DNA of 64,000 bases, from NCBI GenBank assembly GCA_965218095.1, contig OZ244587.1:704001-768000 (forward strand). Reading direction: 5' to 3'. A program made the position numbers and the translations under genes. The stretch comes from Candidatus Poribacteria bacterium. GTDB lineage: Bacteria; Poribacteria; WGA-4E; PCPOR2b. How positions within the stretch are numbered: the first letter of the stretch is position 1; each line of letters starts with the position of its first letter. Below, piece after piece: positions 48,016-57,879 of this stretch. The notes beneath the pieces were generated by a model that saw nothing but the letters and a program-made list of their open reading frames with translations, was not told the DNA's origin and did not search any database.

Positions 48016-49362
48016 TTACGTATATCGCGCATTCTGATATTTGGGAGCGTAGAACTCCGGCAACAACCCATCTACCCGGAGCAATCCCTTCCGTGTCAAC
48101 GTTACAGCATCTTTGTTAAACGTCAGCATCCCCTCATCACCCAGTCTTTGGTAGGTTGAACCAAACACCTCCAAAATATCGGTATTAAATTTATCACGAT
48201 AGTAAGCTGTCTCTATTTTTCCCAACTTTAATTGCAGTATCATCTCTCGGGTCAAACGTTCATCCGGCGTTGTAGGAAACGCACGATCCAGCGGCAACTG
48301 ATTCGCATGGAGTGAATTAACATATTCGTCCCAACTCGTCGCATTTTGGAAATGGACGCCACTCATATGAGAGAAAGAAGCAACACCCGTGCCGAGCATG
48401 TCGCTGCCACGCCAGACTGCGTCCCGATAAACGAATTTCCCCGGCTTATCCTGTTTCACCATTGTGTATACGCTCGACATCTTATATCCGGAGGCTACCA
48501 ATTGCTCAAACGCATAGTGGTGCCATTCCCGTTTCGTTTTCCAATCCGCTACAAATAGATCTTTTCCGCCAAAAATATCCTTTGAGTAAACAGTGTTGAA
48601 CGGCAATTCCATCTGATAAACGGTGATGCTGTCAGGGTTCAGATCGATGGTTCTCTCGACGGTATCCCGCCAACTTTCCCACGTTTCCCCCACCATTCCC
48701 GCGATTAAATCTATGTTGACCTGATCAAATTCGAGGGCTTTGATCCATGGAACAACCCTAAATACCTCCTTAGAGAGATGAGCTCTACCGTTTTCTGCCA
48801 GGATTGCATCATTGAGATTTTCGACACCAAGGCTCAATCGCGTGACCCCAATCTCCTTTATGGCTTTTAGCTTGGTCTGCGTCAGGGTGCCGGGTTCGCA
48901 TTCAAAAGCGACTTCTTCAGTGTTATCCCAGGGCATAGCCGCTTTAATACGCTTGGCAAGCGCCTTCAGGTGCCTGGCGCTAATGTAGGAGGGCGTCCCT
49001 CCGCCGAAATAGACAAACTTCAGTGGTCGTCCCACCACGGCTGGAAGGTCGCTGTAAAGCTCAACCTCTGTCGCCAACGCATTGAGGTAGATCTGAATAT
49101 CAGAACTGTTTTTATCGGTATAAACCCGAAAGTAACAGAACTTGCACCGTTTGCGGCAGAACGGAATATGCAGATAAACCCCTAAAGGCGCTTCCGGGGT
49201 TGGTGGGGAATTCAATGCTTTTATCGCTTCCGGGACGTATTCTTTTCCCCAGAATGAATACGGCGGATAGTTTGAAACGAACACACTTCCGATTTCCGTC
49301 TCCTTTGCATCCGTTCTTGTGGTCGCCGGTTCCGGTTTTGCTGTTTTCAATTGATTACTCAT
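48016..49362 (-). CDS. HemN-like radical SAM enzyme
   Basis: YLHIPFCRKRCKFCYF (CxxxCxxC), YFGGGTPS, ECEPG, RLSLGVE, NIDLIAG. Confidence 0.9.
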   Translation of the reverse strand: MSNQLKTAKPEPATTRTDAKETEIGSVFVSNYPPYSFWGKEYVPEAIKALNSPPTPEAPLGVYLHIPFCRKRCKFCYFRVYTDKNSSDIQIYLNALATEVELYSDLPAVVGRPLKFVYFGGGTPSYISARHLKALAKRIKAAMPWDNTEEVAFECEPGTLTQTKLKAIKEIGVTRLSLGVENLNDAILAENGRAHLSKEVFRVVPWIKALEFDQVNIDLIAGMVGETWESWRDTVERTIDLNPDSITVYQMELPFNTVYSKDIFGGKDLFVADWKTKREWHHYAFEQLVASGYKMSSVYTMVKQDKPGKFVYRDAVWRGSDMLGTGVASFSHMSGVHFQNATSWDEYVNSLHANQLPLDRAFPTTPDERLTREMILQLKLGKIETAYYRDKFNTDILEVFGSTYQRLGDEGMLTFNKDAVTLTRKGLLRVDGLLPEFYAPKYQNARYT

Positions 49363-49368
49363 ACATCT

Positions 49369-50508
49369 CTACCTTTCTCCAAAGCAGTATACACGGCCAT
49401 CATCCGAACCTATCACGAGCTTACCAGCCGCAACGCTCGGAGATGCAATGATAGATGACCCTGTTACAAATTCCCAAACCTGTTCCCCCGAATTAACGTT
49501 CAGCGCGTATATCACTCCCCCGACCGTCCCAAAGAAAACCCGCTCCCCGACAATCACTGCCGAGGAGTCTATCCGCGATTTAGCCACATAAGTCCACAGC
49601 GATTCACCCGTTTGCGGATTCAGCGCATGAACCAGTTTATCCCGCCCACCAACGATCACCAACTCCTCTGTTACGGCGGCCGAAGCGTAAAATGGAAAAT
49701 GCCGTTCCGGGTGTTGATAGTGCCAAAGAATTTCTGAGTTTTTCAGATCCATGCACAAAACCTGATTCCCAAACGTTCCGGCATAAGCACGGTTGTTCAA
49801 AACGGCAGCGCTGGCGCCGACATAGTCGCCCAGCGCTATCTGTTTTTTCTCCTGCCCATCCTTCAGGCTGATGACGCGCAGGTAGCCATCGCAGCCTGAA
49901 ATAATCACCGCGTCATTGACAACCGCCGGTGTGCCATGAACATATCCCTCAGTCTCAAATTTCCAAATCAGCGAGCCATCAGTGGTGGATAGACAGTAGA
50001 GATACTGATCATACGAGCCAAACAGCACACCATCCCCGGCAAAATTGGCGGATGAAATAATCTCGGCATCAGTTTCAAAGGTCCACCTGGGCTCGCCAGT
50101 CTGGGCATCCACCGCATGAAAAACACCCATTCCATCCCCGAAGTATACCACATTTCTAAACACAGCGGGAGACGATTTTATCTCACCAGATGCCTGATAC
50201 TTCCATTTTAGCTTACCCTCTTCAAGCTCTATAGCGTAAAGGTGTCCATCTAAAGAACCGACGTAGACCGTTCCCGCTGCAATGGCGGACGTTGACTCAA
50301 CCCCGTCTGCCGCCTCGAATGTCCACAGCAATTGGGGGGTCTCAGGGAGATTGCCGACGGCGACCCCTGTGAGTTGAGGGTTGCCGCGGAAACTGGGCCA
50401 ATCCGCCAAAGATGTCTCACTTTGTCCGGCAGGGCTGATGAAGATACAACTTAGGAAAACGTAAAACGTAATGTGTAATGCGTATTGCGTATTAATAAGC
50501 CAATTCAT
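49369..50508 (-). CDS. PQQ-like/BamB-like beta-propeller protein
   Basis: DWPSFRG and eight repeats of SSPAVxxxxVYxGSxDGxLYAxxxxxGxxxW; start uncertain. Confidence 0.88.
   Translation of the reverse strand: MNWLINTQYALHITFYVFLSCIFISPAGQSETSLADWPSFRGNPQLTGVAVGNLPETPQLLWTFEAADGVESTSAIAAGTVYVGSLDGHLYAIELEEGKLKWKYQASGEIKSSPAVFRNVVYFGDGMGVFHAVDAQTGEPRWTFETDAEIISSANFAGDGVLFGSYDQYLYCLSTTDGSLIWKFETEGYVHGTPAVVNDAVIISGCDGYLRVISLKDGQEKKQIALGDYVGASAAVLNNRAYAGTFGNQVLCMDLKNSEILWHYQHPERHFPFYASAAVTEELVIVGGRDKLVHALNPQTGESLWTYVAKSRIDSSAVIVGERVFFGTVGGVIYALNVNSGEQVWEFVTGSSIIASPSVAAGKLVIGSDDGRVYCFGER
50455..50495 (+). repeat. Degenerate heptamer tandem repeat at a gene junction
   Basis: gaaaacg taaaacg taatgtg taatgcg tattgcg tatt. 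Confidence 0.7.
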
Positions 50509-51601
50509 AAAGTTGAAGCAATTCCATTTCGCCCACCGGTCGAGGGTTAAATTTCCCCGTCCACTGGCTGGCGGCTTCCTTTGCCAATTTGGCCAGGTTC
50601 TTCCAATTAATTTCAAAATCCCGCAGCCGTTCTGGTAGACCCGCTGCGGCTTTCAATGCGATAATCCGTTCATGGAGGGGCGAAGGGTGCAAGTCCTCAT
50701 ACAGATCGTTCACCGCTTGACTGTTAAACCGAATGACATGCGGAAGCATCAGTCCGACCGCGACACCATGCGTGATACCATATCTGGCGGTCAGGGGATT
50801 TGCACAGGCGTGTGCAGCACCGAGCATGGAGTTTTCTATCGCGGTGCCCGCCAAATGCGCCCCCAGGAGCATCTCACTTCGAGCTGCCATATTTTCCGGA
50901 TCGATTGACACAATTTCAAAGTTCTCCTCCAACAAGCGCCATGCTTCTTTGGCGAACATCTGAGAAATCGGATTTCGCAGCGTGGAGACATAGCTTTCCA
51001 CCGCATGGGAGATGGCATCAATACCTGTGGAGGCTGTCACCTGCTTCGGTGCGCTTGTGGTCAAAACCGGATCGAGAATGACGGTTCGGAATCTGGCTTT
51101 TTTGTCGCCGCACGCCATCTTCTGATGGGTACCCTCTTGAGCAATCAGCGCAAAAGACTGGGCTTCGCTGCCCGTCCCTGCTGTTGTCGGAATGCCAACG
51201 GAGGGAAGCATCGGCTGGGCAACTTTGTCCACGCCCCAATAGTCTTCCATCCGTCCACTGTTTGTCAAGATGAGGTTGATCCCTTTCGCGCAGTCCATCG
51301 CGCTCCCGCCGCCAAGCCCGATGAGCAGGTTGATGCCTCCTTGATCTTTGGCAAACCGGACGCCATCTTCGACATGCCGCGTGGTTGGATTTTCTGCGAC
51401 ACTATCGAAAACGGAGACATCAAGGCACTCCCTTTTCAGGGAATGGAGCGCCCTTTCCAGAATTCCCACCCTGACAATGCCGGAATCGGTGACGATCAGA
51501 ACCCGACATCCGCCGAGTTCTCTCGTCAAATGTCCCAATTGGTCTAAGGTATTCCCGCCGAAAATGACGCGGATGCTGGGTTGGAAATCGAATGATTGCA
51601 T
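50492..51601 (-). CDS. Iron-containing alcohol dehydrogenase
   Basis: GLGGGSAMDCAK, IPTTAGTGSE, GIDAISHAVE, LGAAHACA, HGVAVG. Confidence 0.94.
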   Translation of the reverse strand: MQSFDFQPSIRVIFGGNTLDQLGHLTRELGGCRVLIVTDSGIVRVGILERALHSLKRECLDVSVFDSVAENPTTRHVEDGVRFAKDQGGINLLIGLGGGSAMDCAKGINLILTNSGRMEDYWGVDKVAQPMLPSVGIPTTAGTGSEAQSFALIAQEGTHQKMACGDKKARFRTVILDPVLTTSAPKQVTASTGIDAISHAVESYVSTLRNPISQMFAKEAWRLLEENFEIVSIDPENMAARSEMLLGAHLAGTAIENSMLGAAHACANPLTARYGITHGVAVGLMLPHVIRFNSQAVNDLYEDLHPSPLHERIIALKAAAGLPERLRDFEINWKNLAKLAKEAASQWTGKFNPRPVGEMELLQLYELAY

Positions 51602-51610
51602 TTTGGAATT

Positions 51611-51634
51611 GATAATGATAATGATAATGATAAT
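51611..51634 (+). repeat. (GATAAT)4 microsatellite directly upstream of the Fe-ADH start
   Basis: gataat x4, followed by gatt. Confidence 0.8.
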
Positions 51635-51658
51635 GATTCAACCGCGTTGAAGTCCCGA

Positions 51659-52405
51659 TTAATCGAATGGCTTCAACGCCCGGATCTGCTTAATCTGTGC
51701 AGCAATCTCATCGGCGGAAGCATCTAGCATCCGCTCCCCTTTTTCGGCAGTTGCAGGCCGCGGATCGCCGACGCCGCCATGCCGGGTGCGCTGGTCGAAG
51801 CGGTGGTAGGAGGATATCCCCTCCACCCGCATCCCCTCACGCTCACCGTCGGGGTCCAGCCGATCTGTGCGCACGAGATCTGGGTTGATTGCCATGATCA
51901 TGCAGGTCTCGGTTTCGCCGGCGTGCCCGGAACCTGCGCCACCCAATTCACGAATTTCATCGAGTACCCCGCCGCTTGCCCAGGCCCAGCGGGAATAGAA
52001 TTCCACGCCCTCATCCCCGTAACGTTCCATCAAACGTTGGAGGAGGACGGAGATATTTGCGCCATTGCCGCCATGGCTGTTCTGGATGAGAATCTTCTTG
52101 AAGCCGTGTCCCACCATGGAGGCGACGATGTCCATCATCAGCAGCAGGTGGGTTTCCGATATGGCACTGATGGTGCCAGGATACCGTATATGATGCTGTG
52201 AGTATCCAAGCCATTGCATCGGCAAGACCAGGACATCGTCCGGGCAACGTTCATGGATACGACGCGCCACCTCCTGCCCAATGAGGCTGTCGGTAAATAC
52301 CGGCAGATGCAGGCTATGTTGTTCGCAAGATGCCATCGGCATCAGCACGACAGTATTGCGTGGCAGAGCATCAACTTCGGGTGAGGTCATTTCTGCTAAG
52401 ATCAT
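51659..52405 (-). CDS. Creatininase/MftE-family amidohydrolase
   Basis: EQHSLHLPVFTD, GYSQHH..YPGT, NSHGGN, HAGETET, GGVGDP..ATAEKG. Confidence 0.9.
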   Translation of the reverse strand: MILAEMTSPEVDALPRNTVVLMPMASCEQHSLHLPVFTDSLIGQEVARRIHERCPDDVLVLPMQWLGYSQHHIRYPGTISAISETHLLLMMDIVASMVGHGFKKILIQNSHGGNGANISVLLQRLMERYGDEGVEFYSRWAWASGGVLDEIRELGGAGSGHAGETETCMIMAINPDLVRTDRLDPDGEREGMRVEGISSYHRFDQRTRHGGVGDPRPATAEKGERMLDASADEIAAQIKQIRALKPFD

Positions 52406-52662
52406 AGAGGTTTCTCCTGTTTTGGGTTGGTTTTTCTAGGGTGTGTTGGCATCGCCGGCGGAACTCGCTTATTGTCTTACTCTAATCGCCGTTGGATTTT
52501 CCAATCTAACGGAAGCGTCGATAATTCACACGCGCTATCTTTGAACATGCAGTAGACAGCAAGCAGTTTTTGCGCAAAATTGAAAACTGCATACGAGCCG
52601 CCTCCAGTATTGTGTCTCTTAGCACGATTTCTAAGTCCATTTTTATCCTCTGTCTATACGAA

Positions 52663-54096
52663 TCATTTTCGCCGCTCGCTGCTCACCTGCAATGCCCGTT
52701 GACGATAAAGAAACTCAAACAGATTCCCTTCGTGGGGCTGATCCCACGAAATCTGATTCGTGGAAATGGGACCCAAATTCAGACGTTCTACATCCGGAGA
52801 GCCGAGCAGATCCTGGATAAATTCTTCATCTTCCGTGATGGCAGTCACCACCAGGGTGGGACCGATACGGTCTAATATCTCCCGTTGTGGGACTTCCACC
52901 ACACTGACGAAGGAAAATAAAAACTCCGTGTTTGCCAGTGGATGTTCTGGGGCTTCGCACCAGATGACAGTCGGGGCGAGGAACGTACAACCATCCTTCT
53001 CAATCACCCGTCGTCCATCTCGATATTTGGCTGTCAGATCCGTCGCGCCGGGAACTTTCAGTTGATTGTCAATAAGATCTGAAATCCCCTCGGCGACTTT
53101 CGGATTTGTGAAAGCGGCGACTTGGGCTTCCGGGTCATCTAGCGGCTTTGCGGTGATGCACGCCAAACGTTTCGCCAACGCCTCCGCGATTTCACGTCCG
53201 TGCAATGGAACCCAGACGCCGGATGCGTTGATGCAAGACCTACCACCGTTTTCAGCTATGGAAGCGACCGTGAGGTCTAGATGGTCTTCCCACTGTGAGA
53301 CACTGTCCCCTGTAATGATAATTTTACTCCGCCCGGGGCCGTGAATTTGTACGCCGGGATGGGTCTTCCACGGCACCACCGTCGAACCACCTCCAAACAA
53401 CAGAGATCTGCCGCAACGAAGCAGGATTTCAGCGGCACCCGAATAATCTGTAGGGTAGAACCCAAACGCTTCGGGTGGACAGCCCGCCGCGATAAAAGCC
53501 TGCGCGATGCGAAGAGGCGTCCACGGTTCCTCACTGCCGGGCTTGAGGAGGAGCGGTGTTTTCAGCGGAATCGCCGGCAGCCAAAGGGAATGTACGCCTG
53601 GGGAGTTGCTGGGAAGCACTGCCCCCAATGCGTCGGTCTGGGGGACGTAGCTCAGGGGGCGTTTGTTTTGGACGCCCCATCCGGAATCGAGAACGGAAAG
53701 ATCTAGCCCGCGTGTCAGTCCACCCAAGACCGCCTCCATCTCGTTCAAAACCAACTGGATCTTCTTCATATTTTTGCGGCAGAGGATTTCAGGCAGACCC
53801 GTCGTCCCAGAAACCTGCCGAATATAGTCGTCGGGCGATTGCAAATCACCGTCCAAAGGCAGTTTTGATGCCATAAAAAAATCAGCAGCTTTTTTACAAA
53901 TCGCCAGAAGTTCTGAGATGGAAAACGCTTCAAGGGCGTGTCTGTTTTCCGCTGCCGCGCATAAGTCCTTTGCAATCAACCCGCGATTTGCCTGACTCAC
54001 AATCGCGAGCGGTTTGCCTGTCTTAATGTGTGGTACGCAAACGAGATTCAAACTCTTATAAGAAAGTCCGGCTCGCAAAATCGGAATGTGTTTCAT
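52663..54096 (-). CDS. ALDH/LuxC-like acyl reductase (GriD/EhpG-like)
   Basis: VLPSNSPGVH..W, LKPGSEEPWT, FGG, HGPGRSK, GGRSCINAS (catalytic Cys), PHEGNLFEFL. Confidence 0.8.
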   Translation of the reverse strand: MKHIPILRAGLSYKSLNLVCVPHIKTGKPLAIVSQANRGLIAKDLCAAAENRHALEAFSISELLAICKKAADFFMASKLPLDGDLQSPDDYIRQVSGTTGLPEILCRKNMKKIQLVLNEMEAVLGGLTRGLDLSVLDSGWGVQNKRPLSYVPQTDALGAVLPSNSPGVHSLWLPAIPLKTPLLLKPGSEEPWTPLRIAQAFIAAGCPPEAFGFYPTDYSGAAEILLRCGRSLLFGGGSTVVPWKTHPGVQIHGPGRSKIIITGDSVSQWEDHLDLTVASIAENGGRSCINASGVWVPLHGREIAEALAKRLACITAKPLDDPEAQVAAFTNPKVAEGISDLIDNQLKVPGATDLTAKYRDGRRVIEKDGCTFLAPTVIWCEAPEHPLANTEFLFSFVSVVEVPQREILDRIGPTLVVTAITEDEEFIQDLLGSPDVERLNLGPISTNQISWDQPHEGNLFEFLYRQRALQVSSERRK

Positions 54097-54204
54097 GGTG
54101 AATAGCTCCAGTGTATACAGATTCGGATTGGTTTTTCCAGCCGGATGAACGGAAGAACTTGGCGTGGATTTGGCAATCCACGCCGGGCATTTTCCGGATG
54201 GCGA

Positions 54205-55956
54205 CTAAGCCGCGCGGGCTTGAGCTGTCGCCACGGCATCCGCAAGACGAAATTGCACGGCGGCACGTCCACCCTTTGGCAGGCCGAGCGGCAATCGGAG
54301 GTTCAGGAGGAATGGGCGATTTTCCCCTTCAACCACGTTCAGTCCATGGTTAATTGCCGCAGCAAGGCGAGACTCCTCTTGTACGTGCATACCGTCCACG
54401 TCAAACCCCTCTGCGAGTTTCACGGGGTCGATCCCGTCCAGAACGACGCCTGCATATTCGCCGGTCTCCTTCATCACCCCATCAGCTCGTCCAAAGTGGT
54501 GCGCGACGATGCCGTAGGATTCGTTGTTCGCAATGACGTAGAGGACTGGAATGTCATGATGCGCCGCTGTCCAGAGCCCTGAATCCGCGTAGAACATCGA
54601 ACCGTCTCCGACTAACCCAACGACAGGTTTCTCAGGCGCCGCGAGTTTCAGGCCAACTGCTCCGCCAACGCCGTAGCCCTCCGAACCCCCGGCAGCCCGA
54701 ATATACAGGTTCCTGCCACCACCCTGCAACCCACCTACGATATCCAGGGGGACAACGAATTGCTCGATCATGACTAGCCCACCACCTCGACGCTCCAGGG
54801 CTTTATCGAGGGCATCCGCGACCAGCCACGGACGTATTTGACCGGGTTGTTGCTCAACACCTTGCGCCTCTTTCAGACGTTGCGCACAGAGTGCGGCAGC
54901 TTGTTCATGCGCCCAGGCGCGTCGCTCGTCAAAGTGTTTTGGGGTCGAATGGCTTGACGCTAATTCCACAAGACGCTCAAACGTCCGGCGCTCATCCGCC
55001 AGAACCGCTACATCTAAATTCGGGATATTCTTGAGATACTTGACATCCGAGCCGATGGCGACAATCCGCTGCGCTTCAGAAAACACCCTGAAATCACCAG
55101 GCTTTCCGCCTCCACCATGGCGCATGCCGATACAAACGATGAGGTCTGGCTGAATGGCATCCGCCGCTTGATCCAGCCGTCCACAGTTTAGTTCATGTTT
55201 AGTTGAAATGCCTCTCCCCCAGCTACCGACAAAGGGAGCGCCAAAATGCTCAGCGAGCGCGGTGACTTGATTCTCCGCACCGCTCTTCCAGACGCCGTCA
55301 CCAATATAAAGCAGGGGACGCTTTGCGTCGTGCAAGGCACGTCCAACTTCTTCGACATCACTATTGACCGGATAACCTGCTCGGAGGTCCGGGATACCAC
55401 CTTCAATGATGCTCGTGGCGATCTGCTCCGGTCCAAGTACCCGATCGTAGACGGCAAGATGTACAGGGCCAACCGGCGGCGTTTTGGCGACCAGTAGGGC
55501 ACGGTGTATTGCTTGCGGAAGCCCTTCGGGTTCAATCACCGTCCAGTTCTCCTTTGTAAAAGGCGCGGCGATGGACGTTGGGCCAAAGTTGTGATTGAGA
55601 TCGAGGCTGACCTTATCCGCGTAGCTTCCGGTGTCACCTGCAAACGTGATGACCACAACGGGCAAACTGCCGCTCCAGACGTTAATGAGTTGTCCCAGGC
55701 ATTGGGCGAGCCCCGCTCCGAGATGCACCACCATGACCGATGGATCCAGATTCATCTGCGTGTAACCGCCAGCCATCGCCGCGACGCTACCCTCATGAAG
55801 CGCCAAAATGCCGTGTATGTCTGGATGTACATGTAGCGCATCGAAAAAGCGTGCCTCGCGCGATCCGGAGTTATTGAACACATACTTCACGCCCAATGCT
55901 GCGAGCTGCTCGACCATGATCTGAGATGAATTTGCTGTGATTGGTCTCATCTGCAT
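54205..55956 (-). CDS. Thiamine-pyrophosphate-dependent enzyme (benzoylformate-decarboxylase-like)
   Basis: GVKYVF.NSGSRE, LHEGSVAAMAGGY, GDGSMFY...NNESYG TPP motif. Confidence 0.85.
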   Translation of the reverse strand: MQMRPITANSSQIMVEQLAALGVKYVFNNSGSREARFFDALHVHPDIHGILALHEGSVAAMAGGYTQMNLDPSVMVVHLGAGLAQCLGQLINVWSGSLPVVVITFAGDTGSYADKVSLDLNHNFGPTSIAAPFTKENWTVIEPEGLPQAIHRALLVAKTPPVGPVHLAVYDRVLGPEQIATSIIEGGIPDLRAGYPVNSDVEEVGRALHDAKRPLLYIGDGVWKSGAENQVTALAEHFGAPFVGSWGRGISTKHELNCGRLDQAADAIQPDLIVCIGMRHGGGGKPGDFRVFSEAQRIVAIGSDVKYLKNIPNLDVAVLADERRTFERLVELASSHSTPKHFDERRAWAHEQAAALCAQRLKEAQGVEQQPGQIRPWLVADALDKALERRGGGLVMIEQFVVPLDIVGGLQGGGRNLYIRAAGGSEGYGVGGAVGLKLAAPEKPVVGLVGDGSMFYADSGLWTAAHHDIPVLYVIANNESYGIVAHHFGRADGVMKETGEYAGVVLDGIDPVKLAEGFDVDGMHVQEESRLAAAINHGLNVVEGENRPFLLNLRLPLGLPKGGRAAVQFRLADAVATAQARAA

Positions 55957-56307
55957 GAGATGTTATCCTTCCTTTCTTTATCCGAGTAGAGGCGAAAAGG
56001 TGGGTCACTCCTACCCAACGCTGTATTTGTAGTATTTTCATACATCCGCTAAGGAATAAGCTCGACACCCGTCCAGAAGGCGACGTAATTCTTAATCTCT
56101 TTTGCGGCTTCCTTTGGTTCAGGGTAATACCTTCTTGTTAAGCTGGAATGTTGTTACCTGGCAATAAACTCCCGGCAGCTTTTTACATCATCTATACGCA
56201 ATTCCCCAAAAGTCGCCTGTATCGATTTCTCTGGCATTGGACTGGCTATGCTTTCCTTCGCCTAAAATTGCTTAAATTGACGGCTATGCCCATATTTCTG
56301 AATTTCT

Positions 56308-57396
56308 CTAATACACCCCCACTACAACAGACTCCTGAAGCTCAGAAAGCAGCCGGAGGTTTTTAACGCCATCCCAGGGATACCCCTCAATCGGCTCAGC
56401 CCGTTCTGCTTCATCCCTTTCGAGAAAACGCGGCATGAAGAATTCCTTCGTCAGTGTCGTCAACATCACCCGCCCTGTTTCGCCGTAGCCGACAGGTTCT
56501 TCGGGGTTGTCTGGATTGACCAATTCAATGACAGCGCGGGGTTGAGGTGGGTAGTAGATAATGGCATAGTTGTCCGCAGGGTCAAACGGTTTGCAGACCG
56601 CCAAGCCCATCAGGGTGTTCCCATACGTCGGCAAAAAATCGACCCCCGGTACCAACTCCTCGCGGGCGAAACGGTGAAATTGGGCGTCCATCTCCGTTCC
56701 ACCGCAAAAGATGCCTTTGATACCAACCTTTTGTAGGGAGATCTTTTCGCACAACTCCTCAAGCAGCTTCGGTGTTGTGAACAAACACTGGATGTTATCG
56801 TGGGCGCGTAGGATATTCAATGCTTGATCAATGACGTGGTTTTTATAAAGATCCGACTCCTGATGCTTTTCGTACTGAATCAATTTGTTCACCCATCGCG
56901 GATCGAGATCAACGAGGAAGCAGATGCCGCCGCGATGTTGAGCTAGGTATTCAACGGCGAGGCGGAGCCGTCGCGGCCCGGTGGGGCCCAGCATGAGCCA
57001 ATCGCTTCCACGTGGAAATCCCTCATCGGAAAGGGTTTCGCTGAACATTTCATAATCGATCTGAAAGTCGCGGATGCTGATGCGGCTCTTCGGGACGCCG
57101 GTAGAGCCGCCTGTTTCAAATACATACACAGGTTGGTCTGCGTAATCTTTGGGCACCCACCTCCGCACCGGTCCACCGCGCAACCATTCATCCTGAAAAT
57201 GCTCAAGGAGCTTTAAGTCGTCGTAGCCCCCGATCGCTTTGCGAGGGTCAAAATCGAGTTTCTCTACAAATTCTGACCAAAATGGAGGACCAGTTTCTGG
57301 ATTGAAATGCCACTGGACAATTTCACGAACATGGGCATCAAGTTGGTCACGCGCTTCTCCCACCTTTTTAGATAGTGATTGATTTAAGGTATCCAT
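56308..57396 (-). CDS. Atypical adenylating enzyme, GriC/EhpF-like (aryl carboxylate reductase component)
   Basis: WHFNPETGPPFW, FETGGSTGVPK, LGPTGP, DLDPRWVNKL, FTTPKLL, YGNTL, VGYGETGRV, ERD. Confidence 0.75.
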   Translation of the reverse strand: MDTLNQSLSKKVGEARDQLDAHVREIVQWHFNPETGPPFWSEFVEKLDFDPRKAIGGYDDLKLLEHFQDEWLRGGPVRRWVPKDYADQPVYVFETGGSTGVPKSRISIRDFQIDYEMFSETLSDEGFPRGSDWLMLGPTGPRRLRLAVEYLAQHRGGICFLVDLDPRWVNKLIQYEKHQESDLYKNHVIDQALNILRAHDNIQCLFTTPKLLEELCEKISLQKVGIKGIFCGGTEMDAQFHRFAREELVPGVDFLPTYGNTLMGLAVCKPFDPADNYAIIYYPPQPRAVIELVNPDNPEEPVGYGETGRVMLTTLTKEFFMPRFLERDEAERAEPIEGYPWDGVKNLRLLSELQESVVVGVY

Positions 57397-57420
57397 AATT
57401 ATAGATGTATCCTGATACCG

Positions 57421-57786
57421 TTAGGCCAGTCGCCACGATTCAACATTCTTCAGGATTTCAGCAGACCGATGGAGAGTGAACGCCTCCGTTTCCAGAATGC
57501 ACCGATTGATTTTCAGGTAATTTTCGTTCTCAAGCAACTTCCAAAGGGGTTTTGAGTATTCGATGAAAGCGTGCTTGACACGAGTCTCCCCACGTTTCAA
57601 GTTGCCCTCCGGATCGAGTACCTGACCGACAGAATCCTTCAATTCCTCCACATAATCTGGAGACAACATATTTTTTACAACAGCGAAACCGTGTGCATCA
57701 TGACAAGCCTTAATCGCCGAAAGTTCGTCCGGTGCAAACTCATATTGATATGGTAAATTGACAGGCTGAAAGTTATTGTTGGACAT
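57421..57786 (-). pseudogene. Truncated phytanoyl-CoA dioxygenase (PhyH)-like N-terminus
   Basis: HDAHGFAVVKNMLSPDYVEELK is a typical PhyH start; the ORF stops before any HxD motif. Confidence 0.55.
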
Positions 57787-57879
57787 TGATTTCTCCTCCT
57801 CTATACCGCTGTCGGTAATTCCCTGAACTCTTGATGTGTTCTTTGTAGCGTCATATTCAATCCGATTTCCATGCCCTCA

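Noticed and set aside
48016-49362. Calling the radical SAM hemN or hemW
   Set aside because: No heme genes nearby and the family is functionally diverse, so no symbol was assigned.
52509-52640. Small ORF MDLEIVLRDT... as a RiPP precursor for a mycofactocin-like system
   Set aside because: No MftA/PqqA-like motif, no RRE/PqqD gene, and the radical SAM is HemN-like rather than SPASM. More likely a relic.
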